Below the pieces are notes generated by a model, which was not told where the DNA came from, made no database searches, and was given only the letters and a program-made list of their open reading frames with translations. From the NCBI GenBank assembly GCA_963705255.1, contig OY970061.1, positions 1,920,001 to 1,984,000 on the forward strand: a stretch of DNA of 64,000 bases, read 5' to 3'. Positions 9,358 through 18,372 of this stretch are shown piece after piece. The number at the start of each line of letters is the position of its first letter. The stretch's first letter is position 1. The DNA comes from an uncultured Methanoregulaceae archaeon. Its GTDB lineage: Archaea; Halobacteriota; Methanomicrobia; Methanomicrobiales; Methanospirillaceae. The position numbers were made by a program, and so were the translations under genes.

Positions 9358-10075
9358 CTACTTCTTTCTCTTCCCGGGTTTCTTCGGCTGTTTTCCCGTC
9401 CGGGCACTCTCCTCCCGCGAGCGGAGGTACAGTTCGTGGAGGATCATGATGACGACGACAAGGATGACCACTTCAGCGATGTGGAGGGGAAGGTAGCCCA
9501 CGAGCGGGATGGTGAAGAGGGCCTTGCCTACTATCCACTCATCTTTGACCGGTTCGGGCGTACCGATACCCTCGTAACTGACGAACTGGTCGGGGGCCGG
9601 GTTGTTGTCGCCCCACGTGATATACCCGTCGTGGGGCACCGTATAGTTCGTACGGGAGCTGCACGCCGCGGATCTCCGTGATCGGCGTGTCGGTAGTCGC
9701 ATAGACCATCGCCCGGTGGATGATCGGGTGTACGGAGGTCATACCATTGGGTTTGTAAATGACGACGTCCCCGTAACCGTTGAACTTCGTTACATTGGCC
9801 TCCTTTGCATCTTCCCAGGTCATGAACTCGCCGTACCGGTCCTTCTGGACAACGACAACGAGGTCGCCGATGTTCATGTTGGGGGTCATGCTTCCCGACT
9901 CGATAGTGACGACTGCGGGCCACGTGCCGCAGAGAAGGTAAAGGATGAGCGCAATTGTACCGACGACACCGGCAACCCAGAGGAGGTCGCGGGCAAGCGA
10001 TACCGCCCAGTGATCGCTTGTACGGAATTGCGCCACCAGCGCGCGAATGTCCCGGGATTTTTCTTTTTCTGCCAT
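9358..10075 (-). CDS. sec11: Signal peptidase I (S26/Sec11); apparent +1 indel at ~9654
   Basis: IESGSMTP, GDLV, GDVVIY, PIIHR in ORF 9539..10075; YITWGDNN...IVGKA...IPLVGY in ORF 9358..9702. Confidence 0.85.
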
Positions 10076-10133
10076 CGTGTACGCCTGTCAGGGATTTTTG
10101 TATGGTTCCGTATAGTGTTGAACCTCTTCCGCA

Positions 10134-10784
10134 TTAACCATGCGGGACGGGGGATTCCCCGGGGTCAACGAAGCAAGAGTACCCCGAAAAAAAATAGATG
10201 CCAAAGAGGATGAGAAATACACCGCAAACCGCCATGACCCGGTGGTATGTTGTGGCCGACAGGACCGTCCTTCCCCGTGATACACTGGCGGACACGAACG
10301 TGTACCAGCCGGTATCGGCGCACCAGTGGCCGATCATGAAGACTGCGGCCAGCACCAGCCCCCCGGAGAGGCCGGCGATAACCATGGCGCTCCCGACGGA
10401 AAGCCACCAGATCCAGAAATACGGGTTGGCCGCGCTGGTCAGGAGGCCGGCCAGATACGGGTTCGTGACTGCACCATCTGCCGTTGTTTCCAGCGATGCA
10501 CTCCTGCTGCCGGCAATCGTCAGGACGCCAAAGACCACAAGGGCGATGCCCCCGACAACGGAGATGAGCGCCGCATAGGGGCGTGCCACCGTCGTCAGGC
10601 CAAGAACGATCAGCAGGAAGATGACGGCCTCGACAACCATGTGCCCGAGAGAGATTTTCAGGCCGGTGGCCCAGTTCCCGGTAAGGGAAGCGTGAATGGT
10701 AGCGACAAGCGTCGGGCCGGGTGCAAGTGCTCCGGTAAGGCCGATAACAAATCCGAGCACCAGCATTGAGGGGAGGTCGTACAT
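10134..10784 (-). CDS. LysE family translocator; C-terminus uncertain because of a homopolymer at ~10187
   Basis: GLTGALAPGP, GHMVVE, TSAANPYFWIWW, GHWCAD. Confidence 0.88.
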   Translation of the reverse strand: MYDLPSMLVLGFVIGLTGALAPGPTLVATIHASLTGNWATGLKISLGHMVVEAVIFLLIVLGLTTVARPYAALISVVGGIALVVFGVLTIAGSRSASLETTADGAVTNPYLAGLLTSAANPYFWIWWLSVGSAMVIAGLSGGLVLAAVFMIGHWCADTGWYTFVSASVSRGRTVLSATTYHRVMAVCGVFLILFGIYFFSGYSCFVDPGESPVPHG

Positions 10785-10922
10785 GGGTCCCGAGCGTTCC
10801 AAAACCGGTAGTAGGTTGATCCGGGAAGGATATCAACACTGCACTCCGGCGTCCCGCTCCCGGCAATGCCCATGCACATGTCCGATAACAGCCTATATTT
10901 TATCGGCGGCCAATACTCTTGT

Positions 10923-12320
10923 ATGCTTGATGCGCAGGAGATCACGCTCAGGTTCCTCGATACCAAACTGCAGGTGCACCCCGACGTGGTGCGTTATATC
11001 CAGGAACAGGACGAGCCTGACCTGATCGACCGCATCATCGCGCAGGTCCCGGATAACACCATCGTCGTCTCCTCACACCATATCCCCGGGATGCATGCCA
11101 CACGTGACGGAACGAGGTTCCTCGTTGATCCCATGGTTGAGGTCGTGAGCGGGAGCGCAGGCACGTCCGGAGCTGTCAACGGTACCGGTGACTACCTGCA
11201 CTATTTCCGGGACCGCTACAACCGGCTCGGCAGCATGATCCGGGGGCGTGTCGGGGCTATGCCCATCGAGGACCTCACCCGGTCGAACCGGTACCGGCAG
11301 GAGGAGTGCACTATCATCGGCATGGTCGTCGAGGTCAAGACCACGACCAACGGCCACCGCATCGCCGAGATCGAGGACTCTTCCGCAAGCATATCCGTGC
11401 TCTTCCGGAAAGACCGCCCGGTGTTTGGCGATGCCGAACGGATCATCCATGACGAAGTGATTGGGGTAAGGGGAAAACTCTCAAACGACGGGCGGCTCTT
11501 TTTTGCCGAGCAGCTCTACCGCCCGGATATCCGTATCGACAATACACCGTTCAAGAGCGAACAGCCGGGCAGTGCGGTCTTCATATCCGACGTCCATGTC
11601 GGCAGCAATACCTTCCTCGGGGAGTGCTGGAACCGGTTTGCAGACTGGCTGTCCGATTCCGATTACGGGTATCTCCTCATTGCCGGGGACCTCGTGGACG
11701 GGATAGGCATCTATCCCGGACAGGAAAGCGAACTCACGATCAAGAACATCTATGAGCAGTATGACGCGTTCGGTGCCATGCTCAGCGACCTCCCGTCACG
11801 GATCAGGATCATCGTTTCGCCTGGCAACCACGATGTCGTGCGGGGTGCGGAGCCCCAGCCGGTTATCCCCGCAGCCTTCACAAAAAAATTCCCGTCCAAC
11901 TGCCTGCTGGTCGAAAACCCTGCCGTCGTCAACCTCCAGGGAGTCCGCGTGCTGATGTATCACGGCAGGTCCATCGATGACATGATCGGCCTGATTCCCG
12001 GTGCTTCCTACGAGCAGAGCGGGCTGATGATGGAAGAGATGCTCCAGCGCCGCCACCTTGCACCGGCGTACGGGAGGAAAACCCCGATTGCTGCCGGGAA
12101 GACCGACCGTCTCATCATCGACCCGCTGCCCGAGATCCTTCATACGGGCCATGTCCATATCAAGGGCATTACAAACTACCGGGGCGTGCTCGGGATCAAC
12201 GCGGGTACCTGGCAGTCCCAGACCGCGTTCCAGAAGCAGATGAACGTCAACCCTACCCCCGCGCTGGCCGTGGTCGTGGACCTGCAGACGCTGGTGCCGG
12301 AGACGGTCAGTTTTGCATGA
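10923..12320 (+). CDS. polB: DNA polymerase D small subunit DP1 (proofreading)
   Basis: YFRDRY, OB fold, ISDVHVGS, AGDLVDGIGIYPGQ, PGNHD, YHGRSIDD, RRHLAP, HTGHVH, NAGTWQ.QT.FQ. Confidence 0.95.
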   Translation: MLDAQEITLRFLDTKLQVHPDVVRYIQEQDEPDLIDRIIAQVPDNTIVVSSHHIPGMHATRDGTRFLVDPMVEVVSGSAGTSGAVNGTGDYLHYFRDRYNRLGSMIRGRVGAMPIEDLTRSNRYRQEECTIIGMVVEVKTTTNGHRIAEIEDSSASISVLFRKDRPVFGDAERIIHDEVIGVRGKLSNDGRLFFAEQLYRPDIRIDNTPFKSEQPGSAVFISDVHVGSNTFLGECWNRFADWLSDSDYGYLLIAGDLVDGIGIYPGQESELTIKNIYEQYDAFGAMLSDLPSRIRIIVSPGNHDVVRGAEPQPVIPAAFTKKFPSNCLLVENPAVVNLQGVRVLMYHGRSIDDMIGLIPGASYEQSGLMMEEMLQRRHLAPAYGRKTPIAAGKTDRLIIDPLPEILHTGHVHIKGITNYRGVLGINAGTWQSQTAFQKQMNVNPTPALAVVVDLQTLVPETVSFA

Positions 12321-12423
12321 TGTCCGGATACGCGGTGTCCTGATATCTGCTATTTCTGGAAACGCGAGAGACTACTATTCCCGTACCCCCGGGGACTCCG
12401 GCAACTGCCCTCAGCAGCCGGAT

Positions 12424-12921
12424 CTACCTGTCCCGGAGTACTGCTGACAGGATCTCCAGGTTCCGGCGAAAAAGTGCCTCACCACTCCCGGACAGCCCTT
12501 TTTCAGGCTCCGAACGGTCCGGCTGGATGCCCAGCAGGGTCACCCCTGCCCCGGATTCCTGTGCCAGGAATTCCATGACAACCGAAAGAGGCAGGGCGTG
12601 GGTAGAGAAGAGACCTGCCTGGATATTCTGAGGGTCAATGACCGCGATCGTGCCGGGCTCTGCTCCCATATCGGCTGCATCGAGAAAAAGGGTGTGGTCC
12701 GGCCTGAACCTGCGGACGGGCCCCGTGACGCTTTCCGGTACTGTCCCCGTAAGGAAGACACCGACATGCGACAGGTGCAGCTGATCGATCTTTTTCGCCG
12801 CAACCATGCCAAGCCGGTCAGATGGCAGGAGCTCGTCGCCGACACCAACGATCGCGATGCGGCGGGCCTCTTTCAGCCTGCGCCTCAGGATCGGCCCGAA
12901 ACCGGGATCTACCTGTTGCAT
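12424..12921 (-). CDS. hycI: Hydrogenase maturation endopeptidase (HycI-like)
   Basis: GVGDELLPSDRLG, GTVPES, DAADMG, STHALPL, LGIQP; last gene of the hydrogenase operon. Confidence 0.9.
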   Translation of the reverse strand: MQQVDPGFGPILRRRLKEARRIAIVGVGDELLPSDRLGMVAAKKIDQLHLSHVGVFLTGTVPESVTGPVRRFRPDHTLFLDAADMGAEPGTIAVIDPQNIQAGLFSTHALPLSVVMEFLAQESGAGVTLLGIQPDRSEPEKGLSGSGEALFRRNLEILSAVLRDR

Positions 12922-13280
12922 CAGGTAACCACCGCTTCCCGGTCAGTTCCCGAAGGCGAGAGTTCATTTTTCAGGTATATCGCATCGGCCGGGCAATGGC
13001 GCTCGCAGAGCGCACACCGTATGCATTTGAAAACCTCTATCTGCGGCCTTTTTTTACGCACCAGCTTCTTGCCCTTGAACTCAACTTCGCGCTGGTCCGG
13101 CACCATGGTGACGGCATGTGACGGACACACGAGAGAGCACATGGAACATCCTATGCACTTTTCGTCGAGGACTGCAACCCTTCCCCGGAATCCCTGCGGG
13201 ACCGGGACCTTCTCTTTCGGGTACAGGATCGTGACGGGCCTGGATACGAGATTGTGCAACATCTCGGAAAGGACGCTCAT
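12921..13280 (-). CDS. 2[4Fe-4S] ferredoxin-like subunit (NuoI/MbhN/EchF-like)
   Basis: TILYP, FRG, CIGCSMCSLVCP, CIRCALCERHCP. Confidence 0.9.
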   Translation of the reverse strand: MSVLSEMLHNLVSRPVTILYPKEKVPVPQGFRGRVAVLDEKCIGCSMCSLVCPSHAVTMVPDQREVEFKGKKLVRKKRPQIEVFKCIRCALCERHCPADAIYLKNELSPSGTDREAVVT

Positions 13281-14251
13281 GCACCCACCCGGATGGAGTT
13301 CATCACAAGCACAACCGCGACCTGCACGAGCGCGGCGCTGGCGATATATTTCCAGCCGATGGTGTTCAGCTGATCTATGCGTATACGGCCTGTAGCAACT
13401 TTTACCGAAGAAAGGATCAGGAGCACGACAAGAGTTTTTGCAAGGAAGAGGAAAAAGCCGCAAATCCAGCCGAGCCATACCGGCGCGATGGTCCATGGGA
13501 TCGTCGGGCCGCCGAGGAATAGTGCCGCGATGAGTGCGCACCCGGTAACACAGGAGACATCGGAGGCAAGGTGCATGAGGGCGAGCCTGCGCCCGGTCAG
13601 CTCTGTCCACGGGCCTGCGACAAGCTCGGTCTCCGCTTCCGGGATATCGAAGGGGGTCCTTTCCAGCTTTGCCTGGAGTCCTATCAGTGCAACGACAAAT
13701 CCTATCGGCTGGAGAACCATAAACCACAGGTGATCCTGCTGCCAGCTCACGATCTCCGAGATCGACCAGGTCCCTGCCATCAGGGCGGGGGTAAGGAGCG
13801 CAAGGAAGAACGGCACCTCGTAGATGAACATCTGGGTTACCGCACGGATCCCCCCTATTGCGGAGTAAATGTTCCGGCTCAGCCAGCCCATGACAAAGAG
13901 GATGATGGTCGGAAGTGCCATGAGATAGAGAACGAGGACCAGATCCCCCTGGAATGCAAGCGGGCTCGCGCTCACGACCGGGATGTAGAGAAATGCGGTC
14001 ATGACCGCGGCCAGAGCGATCACCGGCGCTGCATCAAATACCGGCCTGTCAACACCCTGCGGATCGATGACCTCCTTTCCCAGCATCTTGACAAAATCCG
14101 CGAATGGCTGGAACAGGGGCGGCCCGACCCGGTGCTGCATCCGGGCCGCGATCCTGCGGTCCAGAAATTCAAAGAGCATGGCATATGCCAGCAGGAACAA
14201 AAACCCAGGAAAGAGGAAAATATACCCTATGATGAGGAGGGGATCGGTCAT
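13277..14251 (-). CDS. Membrane anchor subunit (NuoH/MbhM/EchB-like)
   Basis: DRRIAARMQHRVGPP..QPFAD..K, PFDIPEAETELVAG, GRIRIDQ. Confidence 0.9.
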   Translation of the reverse strand: MTDPLLIIGYIFLFPGFLFLLAYAMLFEFLDRRIAARMQHRVGPPLFQPFADFVKMLGKEVIDPQGVDRPVFDAAPVIALAAVMTAFLYIPVVSASPLAFQGDLVLVLYLMALPTIILFVMGWLSRNIYSAIGGIRAVTQMFIYEVPFFLALLTPALMAGTWSISEIVSWQQDHLWFMVLQPIGFVVALIGLQAKLERTPFDIPEAETELVAGPWTELTGRRLALMHLASDVSCVTGCALIAALFLGGPTIPWTIAPVWLGWICGFFLFLAKTLVVLLILSSVKVATGRIRIDQLNTIGWKYIASAALVQVAVVLVMNSIRVGA

Positions 14252-15429
14252 GCCCTCTCCTGTCGCCGGTTGCGAAGACAACTCCGTCTCCTGAGCTCAT
14301 CCCAGGTCACGATACCGGCATTTCCGTCTCCTTTGTCCACAATGGTAATCCTCGACGTGCACGACAGGCAGGGGTCGATCGCCGCAACAATGACGGGTAT
14401 GTCCGCCAGGTTCTGGTTGACCAGGCACGCAGCGACCGAGGTCCAGTTCGCCAGCGTCGGCGTCCGGATGTCGACCCTTTCGACCCGGTCCGTCCCGTTC
14501 GTGCGGATGAAATGCACGAGTTCCCCCCGGGGGGCCTCGTACCGGGAAAGGATTTCCCCTCCGGGCGCCGTCTTTGGCGGGTTGATACGGATCGGGCCTT
14601 CGGGGAGATGTTCGAGACAGGCCCGGACGATCTTCAGGCTCTCCGCAAGTTCGCCGATGCGGACGCAGGTGCGCCCATAGACGTCCCCGGACGTATCCGT
14701 CACCACGTTCCAGGGCACGTCTGCATACACCAGGTAGGGGTCGTCCCTGCGGATGTCATAATCGACACCGCTTGCACGTGCTGTGGGGCCGACCGCGCCA
14801 TATTTCAGGACTTCCTCTCTGGTAAGTTTCCCGATACCCCGGAAACGGAGCAGCATCGTCTCCTGGTTCTGTACCATGTCCACGTACTTGGTTATCCGCT
14901 CTTCGAGGTTGGGCAGGCGCTGTAGGGCCGCATTTACCTGTAAGGGCGTCAGGTCACGGCGTACGCCCCCCACTTCGTTCATGCCATAATGGACGCGGTT
15001 CCCCGACATCTCCTCGAGCGTGTCCTGAACCGCCTCGCGATCGCGCCAGGTCCACATGAAGAGCGTATTGAACCCGATCTCGTGCGCAGCGACACCCAGC
15101 CAGAGGAGGTGGCTGTGCATCCGTTCCAGCTCCCCGATGATCGTGCGGATATACTGGGCCCTGGGAGGGATCGTGAGCTGCATCAGCTCCTCGACTCCCT
15201 TGGCAAAAGCCGTTGAGTGCGAGTGGGAGCAGATGCCGCAGACCCGTTCCAGAAGGGGGAGCGCCCGGATGAAGGTGCGCTGTTCGGCTGCCTTTTCGAT
15301 ACCGCGGTGGGTGTAGGATATGTCGAGTTCGAGACGGACGATCTTCTCGCCGTCGGCTATCACCCGGAAATTCACCGGTTCTTTCAGGGCGGGATGCTGG
15401 GGGCCGATGGGCACGATCACTTCCGGCAT
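14248..15429 (-). CDS. Group 4 [NiFe]-hydrogenase large subunit with cleavable C-terminal extension
   Basis: GPQHPAL, HRGIEK, L1 ERVCGICSHSH, EAPRGE, L2 DPCLSCTSR followed by 33 aa. Confidence 0.92.
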   Translation of the reverse strand: MPEVIVPIGPQHPALKEPVNFRVIADGEKIVRLELDISYTHRGIEKAAEQRTFIRALPLLERVCGICSHSHSTAFAKGVEELMQLTIPPRAQYIRTIIGELERMHSHLLWLGVAAHEIGFNTLFMWTWRDREAVQDTLEEMSGNRVHYGMNEVGGVRRDLTPLQVNAALQRLPNLEERITKYVDMVQNQETMLLRFRGIGKLTREEVLKYGAVGPTARASGVDYDIRRDDPYLVYADVPWNVVTDTSGDVYGRTCVRIGELAESLKIVRACLEHLPEGPIRINPPKTAPGGEILSRYEAPRGELVHFIRTNGTDRVERVDIRTPTLANWTSVAACLVNQNLADIPVIVAAIDPCLSCTSRITIVDKGDGNAGIVTWDELRRRSCLRNRRQERA

Positions 15430-15909
15430 CTATATCCTCTCCTCCCTGATGCCGCCATAGAACGTATCGGGCCCCGGCTTCCAGTCCTTCCGCAGGGGAT
15501 ACTCATGCTCCGGCCAGTCTTCTCCAAGGATGATCCTCTTCAGGTCAGGATGCCCAGCAAAGACGATACCGAACAGGTCATGGATCTGCCGCTCGTAGAT
15601 ACCCGCCGGGGGCAGGATATCGGACGCTGAACGAATCTCCGGTGCATCGCGGGAGAGTTCCGCGGCAATGGAGATGACCGTGCGGTGAGGGCCGGTCAGA
15701 TGGTAGATCAGTTCCAGCGTCCTGCCATTGTCAGCCGCACTAATCGTTATCAGGCGCTCGCACGCAAGGAATTCCCGGGAGGTTGTTATCGCGTCACGGA
15801 CCCTTTCCGGGGTCGTCGTAATCCTGATCCGGTTTGAGCGGACCTGCTCTGCAGTACCAAATCCCTTCATCGTTTCCATCACAAAATCCAGCGTTAACGG
15901 ACTGGTCAT
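15430..15909 (-). CDS. NuoC/MbhK/EchD-like subunit
   Basis: LITISAAD, YERQIHDLFGIVFAGHP, DWP...YPLRKD. Confidence 0.88.
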   Translation of the reverse strand: MTSPLTLDFVMETMKGFGTAEQVRSNRIRITTTPERVRDAITTSREFLACERLITISAADNGRTLELIYHLTGPHRTVISIAAELSRDAPEIRSASDILPPAGIYERQIHDLFGIVFAGHPDLKRIILGEDWPEHEYPLRKDWKPGPDTFYGGIREERI

Positions 15910-16439
15910 AGCATTGCCTCCACGGAGGGTATCATACCGCCGGGAAACTCGGATCTCTTCTTTTGCCGCCATTCCTTCCCGCCGTGAGCCGCATCCTCCT
16001 GCATGATAGTCAGGCATGTCACGACGGCATTGATGATCTCGTCCGGCCGTGGTGGGCATCCGGCCACGTAGACGTCGACGGGGATGACATCCTCCACGCG
16101 CTGCATGACATGGTACAGGCCGTGGAACACGCCCCCGTCTGCACCGCATGCACCCATGGCGATCACGTATTTCGGTTCGGGTATCTGCTCCCAGACCCGG
16201 CGGAGCCGTGGTGCCTGCTTCAGGGTGACCGGACCGGTGACGATGAGGATATCGGCATGGCGGGGCGAGCCTTTTGAAAGAATCCCGAACCGTTCCACAT
16301 CAAAGCGGGGCATAAGACAGGCGATGATCTCGATATCGCATGCATTGCACCCTCCGCTGTTAAAAATGGTAATCCATGGCGATTTCTGCCGCGCCCAGTT
16401 CACGAGGCGCTGGCTCAGCGAGGCTGCCGGGGCTGCCAT
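15906..16439 (-). CDS. Hydrogenase small subunit (NuoB/MbhJ/EchC-like)
   Basis: SPW, GGCNACDIE, DVERFG, SPRHAD, GAC, PVDVYVAGCPPRP. Confidence 0.92.
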   Translation of the reverse strand: MAAPAASLSQRLVNWARQKSPWITIFNSGGCNACDIEIIACLMPRFDVERFGILSKGSPRHADILIVTGPVTLKQAPRLRRVWEQIPEPKYVIAMGACGADGGVFHGLYHVMQRVEDVIPVDVYVAGCPPRPDEIINAVVTCLTIMQEDAAHGGKEWRQKKRSEFPGGMIPSVEAML

Positions 16440-16569
16440 TGTGTACCATCACCTCCGCCGGCACATATTAACCCGATGATGGGGGCAATACACCGGTTGC
16501 CCGGCGTGATGCCGCTACGGGCTGACGGTTGCCCGTGCGGCGGACCCTGGAACATGCGTCTCTTCCTGC

Positions 16570-16902
16570 TCATTGCTCCCACCTCAGTGCGGTCACGGCA
16601 ACGGCTATTACAAAGAGATATCCCAGCGTCCCCCAGAGCGGCGCATCGGGCGGAGCGATCGCGATGACCAGCGCTGCCACGTGCACGACCGCGAAGAACA
16701 GGGCCACGTAGAAGAACTGGTAGCCAGGCTGGAACGTCTGGGCTTCCGCGATTTCGCCACCGACATAGGGCATCGTCTTGTTGGCAGACGGCCTGAAGGC
16801 CGGCGCGATGGTAGCGGACCACGCATAGATCAGGAAACCCACCGCGAGGGCGAAGGCCAGGACAAGGATCGGCGAGGTCAAGAGATCCAGGGGGGTCATC
16901 AT
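16570..16902 (-). CDS. NuoA-like 3-TM subunit
   Basis: TM1, loop K..PY.GGE, YQFFYVALFFAVVHV, TM3. Confidence 0.75.
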   Translation of the reverse strand: MMTPLDLLTSPILVLAFALAVGFLIYAWSATIAPAFRPSANKTMPYVGGEIAEAQTFQPGYQFFYVALFFAVVHVAALVIAIAPPDAPLWGTLGYLFVIAVAVTALRWEQ

Positions 16903-18372
16903 GGCACCCCCCACGTGAAGATCTGCCCGGATGCATGTGAGATCCAGCCATAGAACGGTTCGGGAAAGATCCCGAGGTAGAGCGTGGCTATCGCCAGTAC
17001 TACCACTGCTGCAAGGACACTCAGGGGAATCCCGGGTCTGGTTGCTGCCGGCTGGTCAGTAGGATCTTGTTCACTCCGGGGAAACAGGAGTATTGACAGG
17101 ATCGGGACGTCAGTACCCGAGTGATATGCCGGTGTTGAGTTCGAGGATCAGGCCAAGCACGATCCCTCCCCACATGTATGTGGCGATGCCCGACTGGATA
17201 ACCAGCAGCTTGCCCAGAAAGCCGCAGGTGAATGGCTGTCCGATCAGCCCGAGAATGATCACGGCAAATGCAATGCCCAGAACGGGGTTCCGGGCACCCA
17301 GCCCCTTCATCCGTGCCGTCTCGGAAGACCCGGCACGTTCCGTGAATGCATCGGCTGCGATGAAGGCACCGCTCTTCATCACCCCGTACGCGACGGCATA
17401 GAAAAGACCGGCGGCAAATCCCAGCGGCAGGCTGTACAAGAGACCGATCCCAAACCCCAGCAGGATGTATCCCATCTGGGCCACGCTTGAATAAGCAAGG
17501 ACGCGGCGGAGATCCCGCTGGTTGAGTGCGAGGAGGTTTCCCGCGGTCATCGTGATGACCGCAAAGAATGTCACGACAATACCGACGGTTTTGGGGACCG
17601 TGGCACTGCCTGGCAGAGCAGATAGCGAGAGGAATAACGCGATCAGTACCCCGATCTTCGTTGCCCCAGTCATGATGGCGGTGACACCCACAGGAGCCCG
17701 GCTGTAGGCATCCGGAAGCCACGTGTGCAGCGGAAAGATCGCAAGTTTTACGCCATACCCGATCAGGATGAGGACAGCCGCAAAAATGATGAGCACCTGG
17801 TCCCCGCCGGCAAGGGCGACAGGCAGCGCTGACAGGCTTAAGGTATGCCCCTGGGTATACAGGATAGCCACGCCGAGGAGGGCGGTGATGGTCCCTGCCA
17901 CCCCCTGCGTGAGGTACTTGATGGCAGAGGGAAGTGCCGCCGGGTCTTCCTTGTGCCGGTAGGCGCACAGAGCATACACCGGGATTGCCGAAAGCTCGAC
18001 CGTGACGAAAATGGTAAAGAGATCCCCGGAGAACCCGATCGCCACCGCACCGGTAAGCGCAAGGAGGAAGAGCGGATAATACAGGTGCACCGGTCCTTCC
18101 GGATCGAGACTCCCCTGGGATGCCAGCGCTGCAACGGTGCCGACACCGGTGATGAGGAGCCCCCCCGTAAGGCCGATAAACGGAAGGGTGCCGGGAGAAG
18201 ACCACACCATAATGGAGAGGAGAAGGCAGAATACCGCAAGGAGCCACAGTGCCGTGAGCGCTCCGGTCCAGCGGCGAAGGTGAACGGGAAGAAATTTCGC
18301 GACAGCGTAGACGATGACACCACCTGTTGCGACCATCAGGGGGATGGAAACCGCAATTCCGGCTGGTGTCAC
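16899..18372 (-). CDS. MrpD/NuoN-like proton-conducting subunit; apparent +1 indel at ~17111
   Basis: DLFTIFVTVEL, AIKYL, KLAIFPLHTWLPDAYSRAP, RRVLAYSSVAQMGY, GFLGK; the shifted frame continues to LYLGIFP...TWGVP* overlapping the next start. Confidence 0.85.

Noticed and set aside
17108-17113. TGA ending the mrpD-like ORF as a possible selenocysteine or read-through codon
   Set aside because: The protein continues in a different frame; deleting one base gives GYYVPIL, so it is an indel.
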